Shown here: positions 49,028 through 59,858 of the stretch, in pieces
How the letters are laid out: each line of letters opens with the position of its first letter
Numbering within the stretch: the stretch's first letter is position 1
Assembly: GCA_934141475.1 (NCBI GenBank)
Contig: CAKPCG010000006.1
Coordinates: 601 to 64,600, forward strand
Length of the DNA: 64,000 bases
Direction of reading: 5' to 3'
Origin: an uncultured Clostridia bacterium
GTDB lineage: Bacteria > Bacillota > Clostridia > TANB77 > CAG-508
The notes under the pieces: generated by a model
Told to the model about the DNA's origin: nothing
What the model saw: the letters and a program-made list of their open reading frames with translations, nothing else
The model's database searches: none
Position numbers and translations under genes: made by a program

Positions 49028-50557
49028 TTAGTATTTTCTTCTTCTTACATTCCATATTACAAGTCCTAATACTATTATTGCAATTGGAACTATAAATATT
49101 ATTCTCATTATTAATGCTTTTTGACTATCTGTTGTTTCAAAGCTACTTGTTTTTGTGTAATCTTTTCTAATTGTTATATCTTTATCATTATTTGTTAGAT
49201 ATGCTATTGAGTTTAAAGCTAAGTCTTTATTGTTCATTAAATATATCATTGGATGCACCTGGCTGTTTACTTGATAGTCTGAAACGAATGTATTATCTCC
49301 AATTATTACAAGTTTTGATTCAATTTGATTTTCATCTTCTGAACCTTCTTCTGATGAAGTTGTTATTTTTTTAGTGTACATTCCACCTACTGTAAATTCT
49401 CCTTGCTCATCTCCATCTGTATCTATAGATGTTTTTGATACATCTTTTCTAAAATATGATTTGTTTGATGATGTAAGTAAGGTTTGTTCTGTAACTCCTA
49501 AGTCTGAAAGACTATCTTTATTTACATTTATTTTTGTTGCATTTAATAACATTACATTTGTTAAATTTTTTGTTATATCTGCTGTTTTATCAGTAGATTC
49601 TACTATACAATTTGCATATCCTAGTGCACTTTTGCTTTCATCTGTTTCGTAAATATATCCTTCTTCAAATGGATTTATTCCATATAGTGCTAATACTTTG
49701 TTAACATTTGGTAAATCAATAGCTTTACTATAGCTTGAATTTAACCATAATATGTTTCCACCTTTGTTTATGTATTCTATAATTTTATTAGCTGTTAGTT
49801 CATCAAAATCTTTTGATGGTGTTGTTATAACTAATGTATCACAATCTTCTGGTATACTTCCAGTTACTAGCATATCTAAAGTATCGTATTCTAGTACTTC
49901 GTCTTTTAAATATGATGATAGATAATACATCCCTCCATCTTGGTCTAAGCTAAAGCTTGAATAACCTGTTAAGAAATATATTTTTGCTATTTTTTCAGAT
50001 GTTACATTTAATATTGCTGATGTGATTTTTTCTTCTGTTATATCTATTGTTTGATAGTTGCTATCATATGTATATAGTTCGTCTGAATATATTGTTTTTG
50101 ATTTTTCTCCATTTGTTACTATTATTGCTTGTGAGCTTGAAGATAGTTGGTATTTTTCTACTATATCTTGTCTTTCATTTAAATCAATTACTTCTACATT
50201 TATGTTTTTATTTGCTTTGCTGTATTGTTTTGCAAAACTTGTTTGAACTGCTGAGTCGTCATATCCTGCTAAATAAATTGTTACACTATTTTGAATGTCC
50301 TGAATTTTTTCTTTACTTTCTTTTGTTAATGTATATTCTTTATTTGTTGTACAATCTATTGCTGTTAAGTTAAGTGATTGTACAAATGTATTTATTAATA
50401 CTACTACTGCAATTAGTATTGCAATTAAAAGTATTGTATTTGTTCTAGTTATTAGCCACCTTTTTTTTATTGTATTTAGAAATTTTGTTCCGAATTTTTC
50501 TTTGTTTTCGTTATTTTTCTTTGTTTTTATTGGCTTTTTCTCTTTTTTCTCTTTCAA
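49028..50557 (-). CDS. GldG-like ABC-transporter auxiliary protein
   Basis: 509 aa with N- and C-terminal TM helices and a large ectodomain. It follows the ABC-2 permease and ATPase in an operon. Confidence 0.65.
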   Translation of the reverse strand: MKEKKEKKPIKTKKNNENKEKFGTKFLNTIKKRWLITRTNTILLIAILIAVVVLINTFVQSLNLTAIDCTTNKEYTLTKESKEKIQDIQNSVTIYLAGYDDSAVQTSFAKQYSKANKNINVEVIDLNERQDIVEKYQLSSSSQAIIVTNGEKSKTIYSDELYTYDSNYQTIDITEEKITSAILNVTSEKIAKIYFLTGYSSFSLDQDGGMYYLSSYLKDEVLEYDTLDMLVTGSIPEDCDTLVITTPSKDFDELTANKIIEYINKGGNILWLNSSYSKAIDLPNVNKVLALYGINPFEEGYIYETDESKSALGYANCIVESTDKTADITKNLTNVMLLNATKINVNKDSLSDLGVTEQTLLTSSNKSYFRKDVSKTSIDTDGDEQGEFTVGGMYTKKITTSSEEGSEDENQIESKLVIIGDNTFVSDYQVNSQVHPMIYLMNNKDLALNSIAYLTNNDKDITIRKDYTKTSSFETTDSQKALIMRIIFIVPIAIIVLGLVIWNVRRRKY

Positions 50558-50573
50558 TTTTATTAGCTCCTTT

Positions 50574-51257
50574 CTATTTTACACTTTTTCTTCTTTGCAT
50601 TATTATCATTGTGATTAATATACATGTAATTGTTAATGTTATAAATAGTACTACTGAGCCTATATTTATTTGACCATATAAGAAGTTTATAAATTGATCC
50701 ATTAAAGATATATTTGAAAAACTTGATACTAAATATGGTACCCAAGTTGCTGCAAATACAAATGCAAATGTTATTATTCCTGCAATTATAGGTGATTCTG
50801 TAATACTTGATGCAAGGATTCCAAATGATATATATGTCATTGAAAGTAGTAAAAAACCTAACATTGATGTTAAATATATTGGAATATTTGGTACTTCAAA
50901 GAAGCATAAAATTCCAAAATACATAAGTGTACATATAACTGGTATTACTATTAAAATAAAAGCTGATAAAAATTTTGCAATTACAACTCCTAGCATACTT
51001 ACAGGTGATGTTAATAGTAACTGTTCTGTTCCTGATTTTCTTTCACCTGAAAATGTCCACATTGTTAATAGTGGTGTTATAAACATTAATCCATATAATG
51101 CTGTATAGTAAAATAGATATGTTAAGTCTATACTTTGTTGATTTATTGTTGTTAGAAAGAAGAAACTACTAAATGCTAATAAGAATATTCCTATTACAAC
51201 ATATCCTATTGGTGATAGGAAATAATTTTTAAGTTCTTTTTTTATTACTGCTCCCAT
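50574..51257 (-). CDS. ABC-2 type transporter permease
   Basis: 227 aa, six TM helices, KKELKNYFLSPIGYVVIGIFLL N-terminus. Confidence 0.8.
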   Translation of the reverse strand: MGAVIKKELKNYFLSPIGYVVIGIFLLAFSSFFFLTTINQQSIDLTYLFYYTALYGLMFITPLLTMWTFSGERKSGTEQLLLTSPVSMLGVVIAKFLSAFILIVIPVICTLMYFGILCFFEVPNIPIYLTSMLGFLLLSMTYISFGILASSITESPIIAGIITFAFVFAATWVPYLVSSFSNISLMDQFINFLYGQINIGSVVLFITLTITCILITMIIMQRRKSVK

Positions 51258-52201
51258 TATTTATCTCCCCCTTCTTTTATTATTTTCATAAATGCGTCTT
51301 CAAGTGTTGCTTCTGCTTTTTTCATTTCTACTATTGTTATTTCTTCTTTTGCAAACTCGTTAAATATTGTTTTATTTAAGTTTACATCATTTTCTCCCGT
51401 TATTTCGTATTGTTTTGTGTTATCTTCATTTGTTTTTATTAGTTTGATTTCTTTTATACCTTTTATTTTTTCTTTTATGTTATCTACTTTTCCTTCTTTG
51501 TCTTCAACTGTTACATATATTAAGTTATTGTCTGATACTTTTCTTTCTAAGTTTTCAGGAGTATCTACAGCGACAATCTTTCCTTTATTTATTATAATTA
51601 CTCTATCACAAATTTGACTTACCTCTGATAAGATATGTGAACTTAGTATTACTGTATGTTTTTTTCCTAGATTTTTTATTAAACTTCTTATTTCTGTAAT
51701 TTGTTTTGGATCTAGTCCTACTGTTGGTTCATCAAGTATTAATATTTTAGGATCTGCAACTAGTGTTCCTGCTAAGCTTACTCTTTGTTTTTGTCCTCTT
51801 GATAGATTTTTTATAAGTTTATTTTGCATTGTGTCTAATCCAGTTTCTTTTAAAACTTCTTGAACTTTTTGTTTTTTTGTTTTTCTTTCTACTTTTCTAA
51901 GTTCTGCCATGTAAGTAACAAATTCTTTTACTGTTAAATCTGTATATAATGGTACTCCCTCTGGCATATATCCTATTTCTTTCTTTGCTTTTTTTGGTTT
52001 TTTTATTGTATCATAGCCATCTACTATAATATTTCCTTCTGTTTGCTCGATGTATCCTGTTATCATGTTCATTGTTGTACTTTTTCCTGCACCATTAGGT
52101 CCTAAAAAACCAACAACTTCTCCATCTTTTATAGTGAAGCTGATATTGTCTACGGCTACAAAGCTTCCGTATTTTTTTGTGATATTTTTTACCTCAATCA
52201 C
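51257..52201 (-). CDS. ABC transporter ATP-binding protein
   Basis: GTG start at 52201, 8 nt after AAGGAGG (VIEVKNITKKYG). Walker A GPNGAGKST, signature LSRGQKQR, Walker B ILILDEP. Confidence 0.9.
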   Translation of the reverse strand: MIEVKNITKKYGSFVAVDNISFTIKDGEVVGFLGPNGAGKSTTMNMITGYIEQTEGNIIVDGYDTIKKPKKAKKEIGYMPEGVPLYTDLTVKEFVTYMAELRKVERKTKKQKVQEVLKETGLDTMQNKLIKNLSRGQKQRVSLAGTLVADPKILILDEPTVGLDPKQITEIRSLIKNLGKKHTVILSSHILSEVSQICDRVIIINKGKIVAVDTPENLERKVSDNNLIYVTVEDKEGKVDNIKEKIKGIKEIKLIKTNEDNTKQYEITGENDVNLNKTIFNEFAKEEITIVEMKKAEATLEDAFMKIIKEGGDK

Positions 52202-52472
52202 TGGTGTTTCCTCCTTACTTTTTCTTTGATTTAACAAAATTATATTATCATTTATGCTTTTTATTGTAAACATTTTTCACACAATATTCACAAAAGATTG
52301 TTCTTTTCCTACGGATATTTTGTTTTTCGGTTTTATATCTTCTTAATTTTTTTATTATTTTAAATTTACTGCATAAATATTTCTAACTTTTTCTATATTT
52401 TTTTACTTTTTGTTGTAAATTTTGTTGACAATGTCATTTTTTTGTGATATTATTATTTCGTTGATTTGATAT

Positions 52473-52549
<77 letters not shown>

Positions 52550-52592
52550 TAACAGTCTTATACGAACCCTTTTGTATAAGTAATTATATAAA

Positions 52593-52632
52593 AAAAATCC
52601 TTACCAGTAAACGATACTGATAAGGATTTTTT
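52593..52632. terminator. bidirectional terminator
   Basis: aaaaatccttaccagta-aacga-tactgataaggattttt. Confidence 0.75.
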
Positions 52633-52771
52633 AAAACATTAAATATTATTACAAGAACAGATTTTAAATTTTATATTTTATTAATTAAATTAATATTATA
52701 CTTATTTCACAATATAAAGTTATTTAATTCTTACAGTTGGTATATCACATATTAAAAGAATTTTATCATTA

Positions 52772-53029
52772 TCAGCAATAAAATTTAACATCTTCTATTC
52801 CGTAAAAAGTTTTCCATTCAGATACAATATAGAAAAAGTTATATCTTATCGATTTTAGTATTTTGTTTAAGTCATTCTCGGGAATTTTACTATTATTATT
52901 AGATAATATGCAATCACCACTTTTAGTTATCCAAACTTTAGTTGCATTAGGTCCGTGGATTGCCTTTGCAAATGTGAACATGGATTGGTTCTCCATTTTC
53001 ATTTGCCCAGAAAAAGACAGTATATCCAA
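52772..53029 (-). CDS. small hypothetical protein (85 aa)
   Basis: ORF with plausible coding bias, tightly linked to 53044..53328. Faint resemblance to DUF4160-type proteins only. Confidence 0.4.
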   Translation of the reverse strand: MDILSFSGQMKMENQSMFTFAKAIHGPNATKVWITKSGDCILSNNNSKIPENDLNKILKSIRYNFFYIVSEWKTFYGIEDVKFYC

Positions 53030-53043
53030 GATATCTAAATAAA

Positions 53044-53328
53044 TTAGGCATTTTGTATTCCCCCTTTTTGAGCAGTTTCAAAAAAGTAGCTTGCACCTCT
53101 CTCTACAACACTCCTAAACATTTCAATTTCCTTCTCACTGTAATTCCCATCTTGTTTAACTATATTGTATGAAGGTAATTCAAATATTATAGTATCAAAT
53201 CCGTTTTCTGTTGGTCTTTCAAAGCAAACAATAAGATACTCTTCACCATTTTCTTTTTTTCTTATATCTGAAGAAACAACTAATGTTCCATCTGAATATG
53301 TTACAAATTCATGCATCATTATTATCAA
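53044..53328 (-). CDS. small hypothetical protein (~91 aa)
   Basis: ORF directly upstream of 52772..53029. No recognised motif. Confidence 0.4.
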   Translation of the reverse strand: MIIMMHEFVTYSDGTLVVSSDIRKKENGEEYLIVCFERPTENGFDTIIFELPSYNIVKQDGNYSEKEIEMFRSVVERGASYFFETAQKGGIQNA

Positions 53329-53415
53329 CTCCTATCCATATAGTTAGTATATCACATATTAAAGGATTTTTCCATTTTTCTAGCAATTTAAATTACTAAT
53401 TTATCACTATGCTGT

Positions 53416-54072
53416 TTACTCTAAAGTATATTGACTTATATCAGGTTCTGCAAATATAGAATCATCAACATTATCGAAATCATATTCATATTCTGCAACT
53501 GCATCTCCTTCGTCGGTTCTAATTAAAAGACCTGTATCTTTTTCTACATATATTTTTGCTCCTTCATATTCTAGTGATGTTGTAGATAAAAAATTTTTTA
53601 TAATATAACATTCTTTGTTATTATAATTTGTTTTTCTTACATTTGCTAAAATACTTCCTAAAAATGTTTGCCATTTGTTTTCATTTTCTAATTGATTATA
53701 AATTCCATCAGACATTATTTTTCCACTGTTTAATTTTGCAACTTTTGATTCTTTAGAGTCTATAAATATATCCACTCTATCTCCATTATCATACATAGCT
53801 ACTTGTTTTTTATTCTCATTTAAGTCTCTATTTATAAATACTGCCTGCTTATTATCTTTTTTGTAATATTTTACTGTTACTTTTGTTCCATCTTCAATTG
53901 TTGTTATAGTCGCTTTATAAAAATTTGTACTATTAGCATAGTTTGATATATTAGTTTGTAATTTTGTAATTATAATATAATTTCTAACTGTGTGAATTAA
54001 AATAATAACAATAATTACTAATAATATACATCCCAAAGTTTTTAAAAATTTTTTTTTACTCATAAAAAACAC
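53416..54072 (-). CDS. hypothetical membrane-anchored/secreted protein
   Basis: 218 aa with an N-terminal hydrophobic anchor (LGCILLVIIVIILIH). No recognised family. Confidence 0.5.
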   Translation of the reverse strand: MFFMSKKKFLKTLGCILLVIIVIILIHTVRNYIIITKLQTNISNYANSTNFYKATITTIEDGTKVTVKYYKKDNKQAVFINRDLNENKKQVAMYDNGDRVDIFIDSKESKVAKLNSGKIMSDGIYNQLENENKWQTFLGSILANVRKTNYNNKECYIIKNFLSTTSLEYEGAKIYVEKDTGLLIRTDEGDAVAEYEYDFDNVDDSIFAEPDISQYTLE

Positions 54073-54268
54073 TCCTTTTCTTTTGTGAAATACAGATCAT
54101 TTAACCTTTTATTATTCGCCTTTCACATTTAATTATATTTTTATTATAACATACTATAAACAAAAAGCAATTTTTTTCTACTAATTAACCTATTTATTTA
54201 TAAAAGTTATACACTTTTTTTAATTTTTATGATATTATATGATGGAATTTTTTATAAAGGGGCAATTT

Positions 54269-55787
54269 ATGTTGAAAAAAATAATTTATTTTTTTGGTGC
54301 AATATTTTTAGCACTAATTACTGGATTAAATTTGATTTTTACAGCTTCATTGGATAATTCTGAACAAATAACAATTTCTACAAATGGAATATTTTATGTT
54401 ATTGGTTTATTAATAACTGTTTTTCTTATATTTGGAATAAATAAATTTTTAAATTATAAATTTACTAATAAGAAAAAAAAGAATTTAATATTTAAGATAT
54501 CTATTATATTTTATGCACTTTTTAACATTGTATGGTGCATTGTAGTTAGACCTGCTATAGTTGCTGACCAAATTCATGCTTGTAATTTAGCTCAAACTTT
54601 TTATAGTGGCGATGACTCTAAATTCTTGTTTAATCAAACTTATGCAGGAATTCCTTTAATTGAATATATACAAGCATATTACCAACAAATTACTCTTGCT
54701 TTTGTTTTTAGCATATTTTTTAAAATAATACATTTCGACGGAATTGGAATTTTGAGAGTTTTAAATATTATTGGTAATTTAGGAATTGTGTTTGCGCTTT
54801 TTAAGATATGTACTCAATTAGACAAAAAATATAAAACAAATAAAGTTTTATTATTGTTTTTAATATTTACATTTTTCTCTTTAACAATGCTTTCTACATT
54901 TATATATGGTGATATACCAAGTATTGCTTTATGTTTATTTAGCGTTTATTTTATGATGAAATATGTAGAAAATAAAAAAATTTCTAATGCTATTTTAGCT
55001 TCTTTTTTAACTATGATTGCTTATATGATGAGAATGAATAGCTTAATTTTTATTATCGCAACTGTTATGTATTTGTTGTTTAGTTTTTTTAATAATTTTA
55101 AGACACATTCTTTAAAACATAATATTGTAGAATTAATTATTGTTTTTACATATATTTTAATTTCGATTTTGCCATCTAATTTAGTAAAATCTTATTATAT
55201 AAATAAATATAATTTAGATAGAACTAAGGCATACCCTAGTATAAGCTATTTTTTAATGGCTATGGAGGAATCTCCTAGAGCAAATGGTTGGTATAACGAA
55301 AGTATAGGTGAACCTGCATTAAAAAATCCTCAAGAAAAGAAAGTAGAATATGTAGATGAAATTAAAAATCGTTTAAATTATTTTAAGGATAATCCTCGGA
55401 TATTTTTTTAAATTTTATACGATGAAAATTGTTTCTATGTGGTGCGAAAATACATATTCTGCAATACATAATAATAGTATTGATTGTATTAATATAGATT
55501 TTTTAAGAAATCCTTTAACTTTTTACCAAAAATCATTATTAATATTTATTTGTTTATCTTGTTTTGTGGTTTTGTTACAGCAAAGAAAAAATATTTCTTT
55601 AGAACTTTTATTTTTAGTAACAATTTTTATAGGAGGATTTTCATTTCATTTATTATGGGAAGGTAAGTCAAGATATATAATTCCGTATATTATTGTTCTT
55701 ATTCCTATTGCATGTATAAATATTGAGACTTTAAAATTTAACAAATATATAAAAAATATTTATTTAAAGTTTTTTCATCATACATAA
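54269..55787 (+). CDS. polytopic membrane glycosyltransferase-like protein (GT39/ArnT-PMT-like), +1 break at CGG
   Basis: Start MLKKIIYFF after AAAGGGG; more than 10 TM helices. The 0-frame reads cct CGG ata ttt ttt taa (CGG at 55397-55399). The +1 frame from GGA 55398 reads GYFFKFYTMKIVSMWCENTY into ORF 55422..55787. Confidence 0.65.
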
Positions 55788-55790
55788 AAA

Positions 55791-55835
55791 GAACTTCTAA
55801 ATGGTAATAATTACTATTTAGAAGTTCTGTTTTTC
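55791..55835 (+). terminator. rho-independent terminator
   Basis: gaacttctaaatggtaa-taa-ttactatttagaagttc + gttttt. Confidence 0.75.
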
Positions 55836-55842
55836 ATATAAG

Positions 55843-56592
55843 CTATCTTATCTTTATTTTAAAGAATTCTGTTTTAAATGAAGATAAATTTTTCGGAACC
55901 TTCCATTCTTTTATATCCACAGTGCTCGTATAACAAAGATTTCTGTCTTCCATAAATTTTTCTATTGCAAATTCATTAAAGATTTTATATACCATTTCCT
56001 GGTATTCCTTCATCCACCGTCCCGCACCTAACTCTTCATTTGGATCTGTCAGCATATCAAATATTTTTTTTGATAAATAGAATTCTTTATTTTGTGTTAG
56101 CTTGCAGTCTCCATGCCAAATTGAAAAGTAGCCTGATGGACCCATTGCTGTTTCGCCATGGTAAATTAAATCATTTCTAGTAAATACCAGAAAAAAAATA
56201 TCGTTTAGCAATACATCTATACTATTTGCGTAGATATATTCAATTAATTCTTTTATCATCTTTGGCACTTGTTCTTTGATGTAATCTGATGGGTCATTTT
56301 CCATACGTTTGATTTTCTCTTCTTCCAAAGATAATTTTGAAATCATTTTGTTTCGCTTCTCAATAATTATTCCAGCTTTTTCTACAACTTCTGCTTCTTT
56401 TTCTGCAATTTCTTCTCTGCACTGCTTTGCTAATTCAGACTTACGGTCCTTGAGTTTTTCTTTGCACTCTTCAATCAGTTGCATTTCTTTTAAATAATAT
56501 TTGTTTATTCTATCTTCCTCAAGTTCCTTAATTGCTTTTTGTAACCGGTTTTTTTCCTCAACTGCTTTGAAGTATTCTTTTTCGAAGCTCAT
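55843..56592 (-). CDS. hypothetical coiled-coil protein (atypical composition)
   Basis: 249-aa ORF, visibly more GC-rich. It contains two in-frame CGG codons (56547-56545, 56019-56017) with no frame break. Confidence 0.55.
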   Translation of the reverse strand: MSFEKEYFKAVEEKNRLQKAIKELEEDRINKYYLKEMQLIEECKEKLKDRKSELAKQCREEIAEKEAEVVEKAGIIIEKRNKMISKLSLEEEKIKRMENDPSDYIKEQVPKMIKELIEYIYANSIDVLLNDIFFLVFTRNDLIYHGETAMGPSGYFSIWHGDCKLTQNKEFYLSKKIFDMLTDPNEELGAGRWMKEYQEMVYKIFNEFAIEKFMEDRNLCYTSTVDIKEWKVPKNLSSFKTEFFKIKIR

Positions 56593-56779
56593 ATTTTTTC
56601 CTCCTTATACATATGTTCTTGAACTTTACATAGTTTATTTTATCATCTTTTTAATTTTATGTAAAGTTTTTTGGTGCTTTTAACTTACACACTTCATTTT
56701 ATACTATCGCTAAAAAATTTAAACTTTAGTTTCTTTTTCGTAGTATAAAAATGTTTGAATTTGGTGCTGATATATATAA

Positions 56780-57499
56780 TTATTCTGCATAGCTATTACT
56801 TAAAGCATATTCGTTAATTAAGTGGTTTACGTCTGAATTATTGTATGTTTTAATATCGTTTTCAGCAGAAGACTTTTTTAAATTAATGCTAGACAATACT
56901 GATTTATATTTAGAATCAAGTTCTGTTTGGATAACTTCATTAGTATCAGTTAAAGAGCCATCTTCATTTATTGTTAAAGTTAATGTACCATTTGTTGCTG
57001 TTAAACTTACATCAGAACCACTTGAAAATAATTTATTCATTTGAATTTTATTGTCAACAATTATATAATTACCAACAAAACCTTGTTCATGATATATCCC
57101 AAATGTATAGTTAAATGTTCCATTTTCGAATAAACATAAATTATAGAAAGATGTTTCATCGTTGTTTAATTTTTTAGAATATGTATATATACCTTTTAAA
57201 TCGGCATAAGAAACTACTTTTGTGCTATTTTGTTGATTAGTATTTTTAGATGTATTAGCTATATTTTCAGATGCAGTAATTGTGTTTTCAGATGTATTTG
57301 CTATATTTTCGGATTGATCAATTTTATTTTGGTTAGCTAATTCAGAGGAATTACTATTTTGCACAGTTGCTTTTTCAGTTAGATTTAACTTTTCTCTATT
57401 TAGGTTATAAATAAAATATCCCATAATGCAAATAACAATAAGAGTAATAATTAGTAAAAATGTTGATAAGCTTATTTTTATACTTTTTCCTTCGTCCAT
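56780..57499 (-). CDS. hypothetical membrane-anchored protein
   Basis: 239 aa, one TM, short ENIANTS(E/K)NT repeats, RBS AAAGGCGGTG. Confidence 0.5.
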   Translation of the reverse strand: MDEGKSIKISLSTFLLIITLIVICIMGYFIYNLNREKLNLTEKATVQNSNSSELANQNKIDQSENIANTSENTITASENIANTSKNTNQQNSTKVVSYADLKGIYTYSKKLNNDETSFYNLCLFENGTFNYTFGIYHEQGFVGNYIIVDNKIQMNKLFSSGSDVSLTATNGTLTLTINEDGSLTDTNEVIQTELDSKYKSVLSSINLKKSSAENDIKTYNNSDVNHLINEYALSNSYAE

Positions 57500-57972
57500 T
57501 TGATTTTCACCGCCTTTTCTTAAATCTATATAGTTAGATTACTATATTAGAATTGTACTATAAAATAAAAATAATTTCAATAAAGCCGGGAAATTAAAAA
57601 AAATTGCTAAAAAGCACTTTTACACAATTATAAAATATCATCATGTTGTACAATTATGAAAATGGCATAAAACGCTGCGCTATTTATACATTTTCTCCAT
57701 TGACAACATATAATTTTGTGCATATATTTTTTTCTCGTGTGCCCTTTGAATTGAATTTTGGAACAAACACTTCAATCAATTTACATAATATTAATTATAC
57801 TATAATTTTTGGTATAGGTCTATTTTATTTATTGGGGACATTTTCTCATTTCTTTACTTAAGACATTATCACATTTTTCATAATTATGTAAAGTTTTTTC
57901 TTATAATCAATTGACATTTTTTGTATAATATGTTAAAATTTTTTGAAAATATTATTTATGGAGGTACAATAT

Positions 57973-58335
57973 ATGATTAAAGAGCTACGGGAAAATGGTG
58001 ATTTTCAGACATTAAAAGAATCTGCTGGTCACATTGCAAACAACCGAGAGCCTGAAAATAACATTCCTTTTTTCAGCAATCGGTATACAAGAGATAATGA
58101 ACATTCTGTTTCATATTTCAAAAATGTTTGCAAATACATAGGGAATCTCGATAACATGGAAATTCGGAATCTTGTTACTCTTCTTAAGAGCAAACATCAA
58201 AGACAAACGACTTTCTTTGATGGAGATATAATGTACGAGGTACTTATTTCCAATGAGATTTGCCGCAAGGTATGTGAAAAGCAGATGTATCGAAACTGGA
58301 ATGAAATTATTTCCCATTTTTCAACCGTATTTTAA
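57973..58335 (+). CDS. hypothetical protein (atypical composition)
   Basis: ATG at 57973 after GGAGG; 120 aa. It uses CGG three times in frame (57988, 58081, 58165), plus CGA and CGC. Confidence 0.5.
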   Translation: MIKELRENGDFQTLKESAGHIANNREPENNIPFFSNRYTRDNEHSVSYFKNVCKYIGNLDNMEIRNLVTLLKSKHQRQTTFFDGDIMYEVLISNEICRKVCEKQMYRNWNEIISHFSTVF

Positions 58336-58344
58336 AACCTTCAA

Positions 58345-58376
58345 AAAAAGGGCAGTGTTTATCACCGCCCTTTTTC
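58345..58376. terminator. bidirectional terminator
   Basis: aaaagggcagtg-tttat-caccgccctttt. Confidence 0.8.
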
Positions 58377-58379
58377 TTA

Positions 58380-59780
58380 TTAGTCTTTTGTCCAAAATGC
58401 TTTGTATGCTCTGTATGCTTCATAAATATCAAATTTACTTGTAACTTCATATGGTGCATGCATTGAAAGAACTGGAACTCCACAGTCTATTACATCTACG
58501 CCTTTGTTTGCAAGAATGTATGCAATAGTTCCGCCACCTCCAACGTCAACTTTTCCAAGTTCTGATACTTGATATTTTATATTATTTGTTTCTAGTAATC
58601 TTCTTACCCATGCTACAAATTCTGCATTTGCATCAGATGCTCCTGATTTTCCTCTTGCTCCTGTATATTTATTTAAAGTTATTCCTTTTGATAAATATCC
58701 GCAGTTATCTTTATCTGATACTGAAGCATATATTGGATCAAATCCTGCATCAACATCTGAAGATAACATTTTTGAATAGCAAAATACTTTTTCTAATAAG
58801 TTTACTCTATTTTCGCCTGTTTTGTTTAATAATTCTGATATAAAATAGTCAAATACATGTGATTCCATACCTGTATTTCCCATACTTCCTATTTCTTCTT
58901 TATCTGAAAGTATACATATTGCTGTTTTTTGTGGTCTTTCTATTTCCATAAGTGCTTTTAATGCTGTGTAGCTACATACCTTATCATCTTGACCATATGC
59001 AGCAACCATTCCATAATCAAATCCTAGTGAACGTGCCTTAAATGCTGGTACTAGTTCTAATTCAGAACTTACAAAGTCTTTTTCTGTTATTCCGTATTTT
59101 TCATTTAATATTTTTAATATATTTAGTTTCACTTTTGCTTTTGTATCGTCATTTAATATTGGAATACTTCCTACAAGTAGGTCTAAGTCTTCTCCTTCTA
59201 TTGCTTCCCTAAGTCTTTTTGATTCTTGGTCTTTTGCTAGGTGTGGTAATAAATCTGTTATTGTAAATATTGGATCATTTTCGTCTTCACCTATATTTAT
59301 AGCAATTTTTTCTCCATTTGCTTTTATTATTACTCCATGTATACTTAATGGTATTGTTGTCCATTGATATTTTTTTATTCCACCATAATAGTGAGTATTA
59401 AAATATGCAAGTTCTCCATTTTCGTATAATGGATTTGGTTTTAGGTCTAATCTTGGTGAATCTATATGTGCACCAACAATGTGCATTCCATTTTCCATTT
59501 TTTGTTCACCTATTACTGCAAAGTATATACTTTTTTCTCTATTCATAAAATATACTCTGTCTCCAGGGTTTAGTTTTTCTACTTGGTTTACATCTTTAAA
59601 TCCACTTTCTTCTGCTAATTTTTTTGCATTTGCTGCAAATTCTCTTTCTATTTTTGAACGGTTTAAAAATTCCATATAACCATTACAAAAATCAAATATT
59701 TTTCTAAATTTTTCATCATCTGTTTCTAACCATCCTGAATTTTTTTCGTTTAGTAACTCTTTTCTTTGATTCTCGTTCAA
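58380..59780 (-). CDS. M18-family aminopeptidase
   Basis: 466 aa; HIVGAHIDSPRLDLKP, YGGIKKYQW, SDKEEIGS, GGGGTIA and SMHAPYE motifs. Confidence 0.85.
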   Translation of the reverse strand: MNENQRKELLNEKNSGWLETDDEKFRKIFDFCNGYMEFLNRSKIEREFAANAKKLAEESGFKDVNQVEKLNPGDRVYFMNREKSIYFAVIGEQKMENGMHIVGAHIDSPRLDLKPNPLYENGELAYFNTHYYGGIKKYQWTTIPLSIHGVIIKANGEKIAINIGEDENDPIFTITDLLPHLAKDQESKRLREAIEGEDLDLLVGSIPILNDDTKAKVKLNILKILNEKYGITEKDFVSSELELVPAFKARSLGFDYGMVAAYGQDDKVCSYTALKALMEIERPQKTAICILSDKEEIGSMGNTGMESHVFDYFISELLNKTGENRVNLLEKVFCYSKMLSSDVDAGFDPIYASVSDKDNCGYLSKGITLNKYTGARGKSGASDANAEFVAWVRRLLETNNIKYQVSELGKVDVGGGGTIAYILANKGVDVIDCGVPVLSMHAPYEVTSKFDIYEAYRAYKAFWTKD

Positions 59781-59858
59781 ATCTTTTCCTCCTCCTTTGA
59801 TTTATTTTTCATTATTATATCACTATATATTGATTTTTACTATATTTTTTTATTTTTT

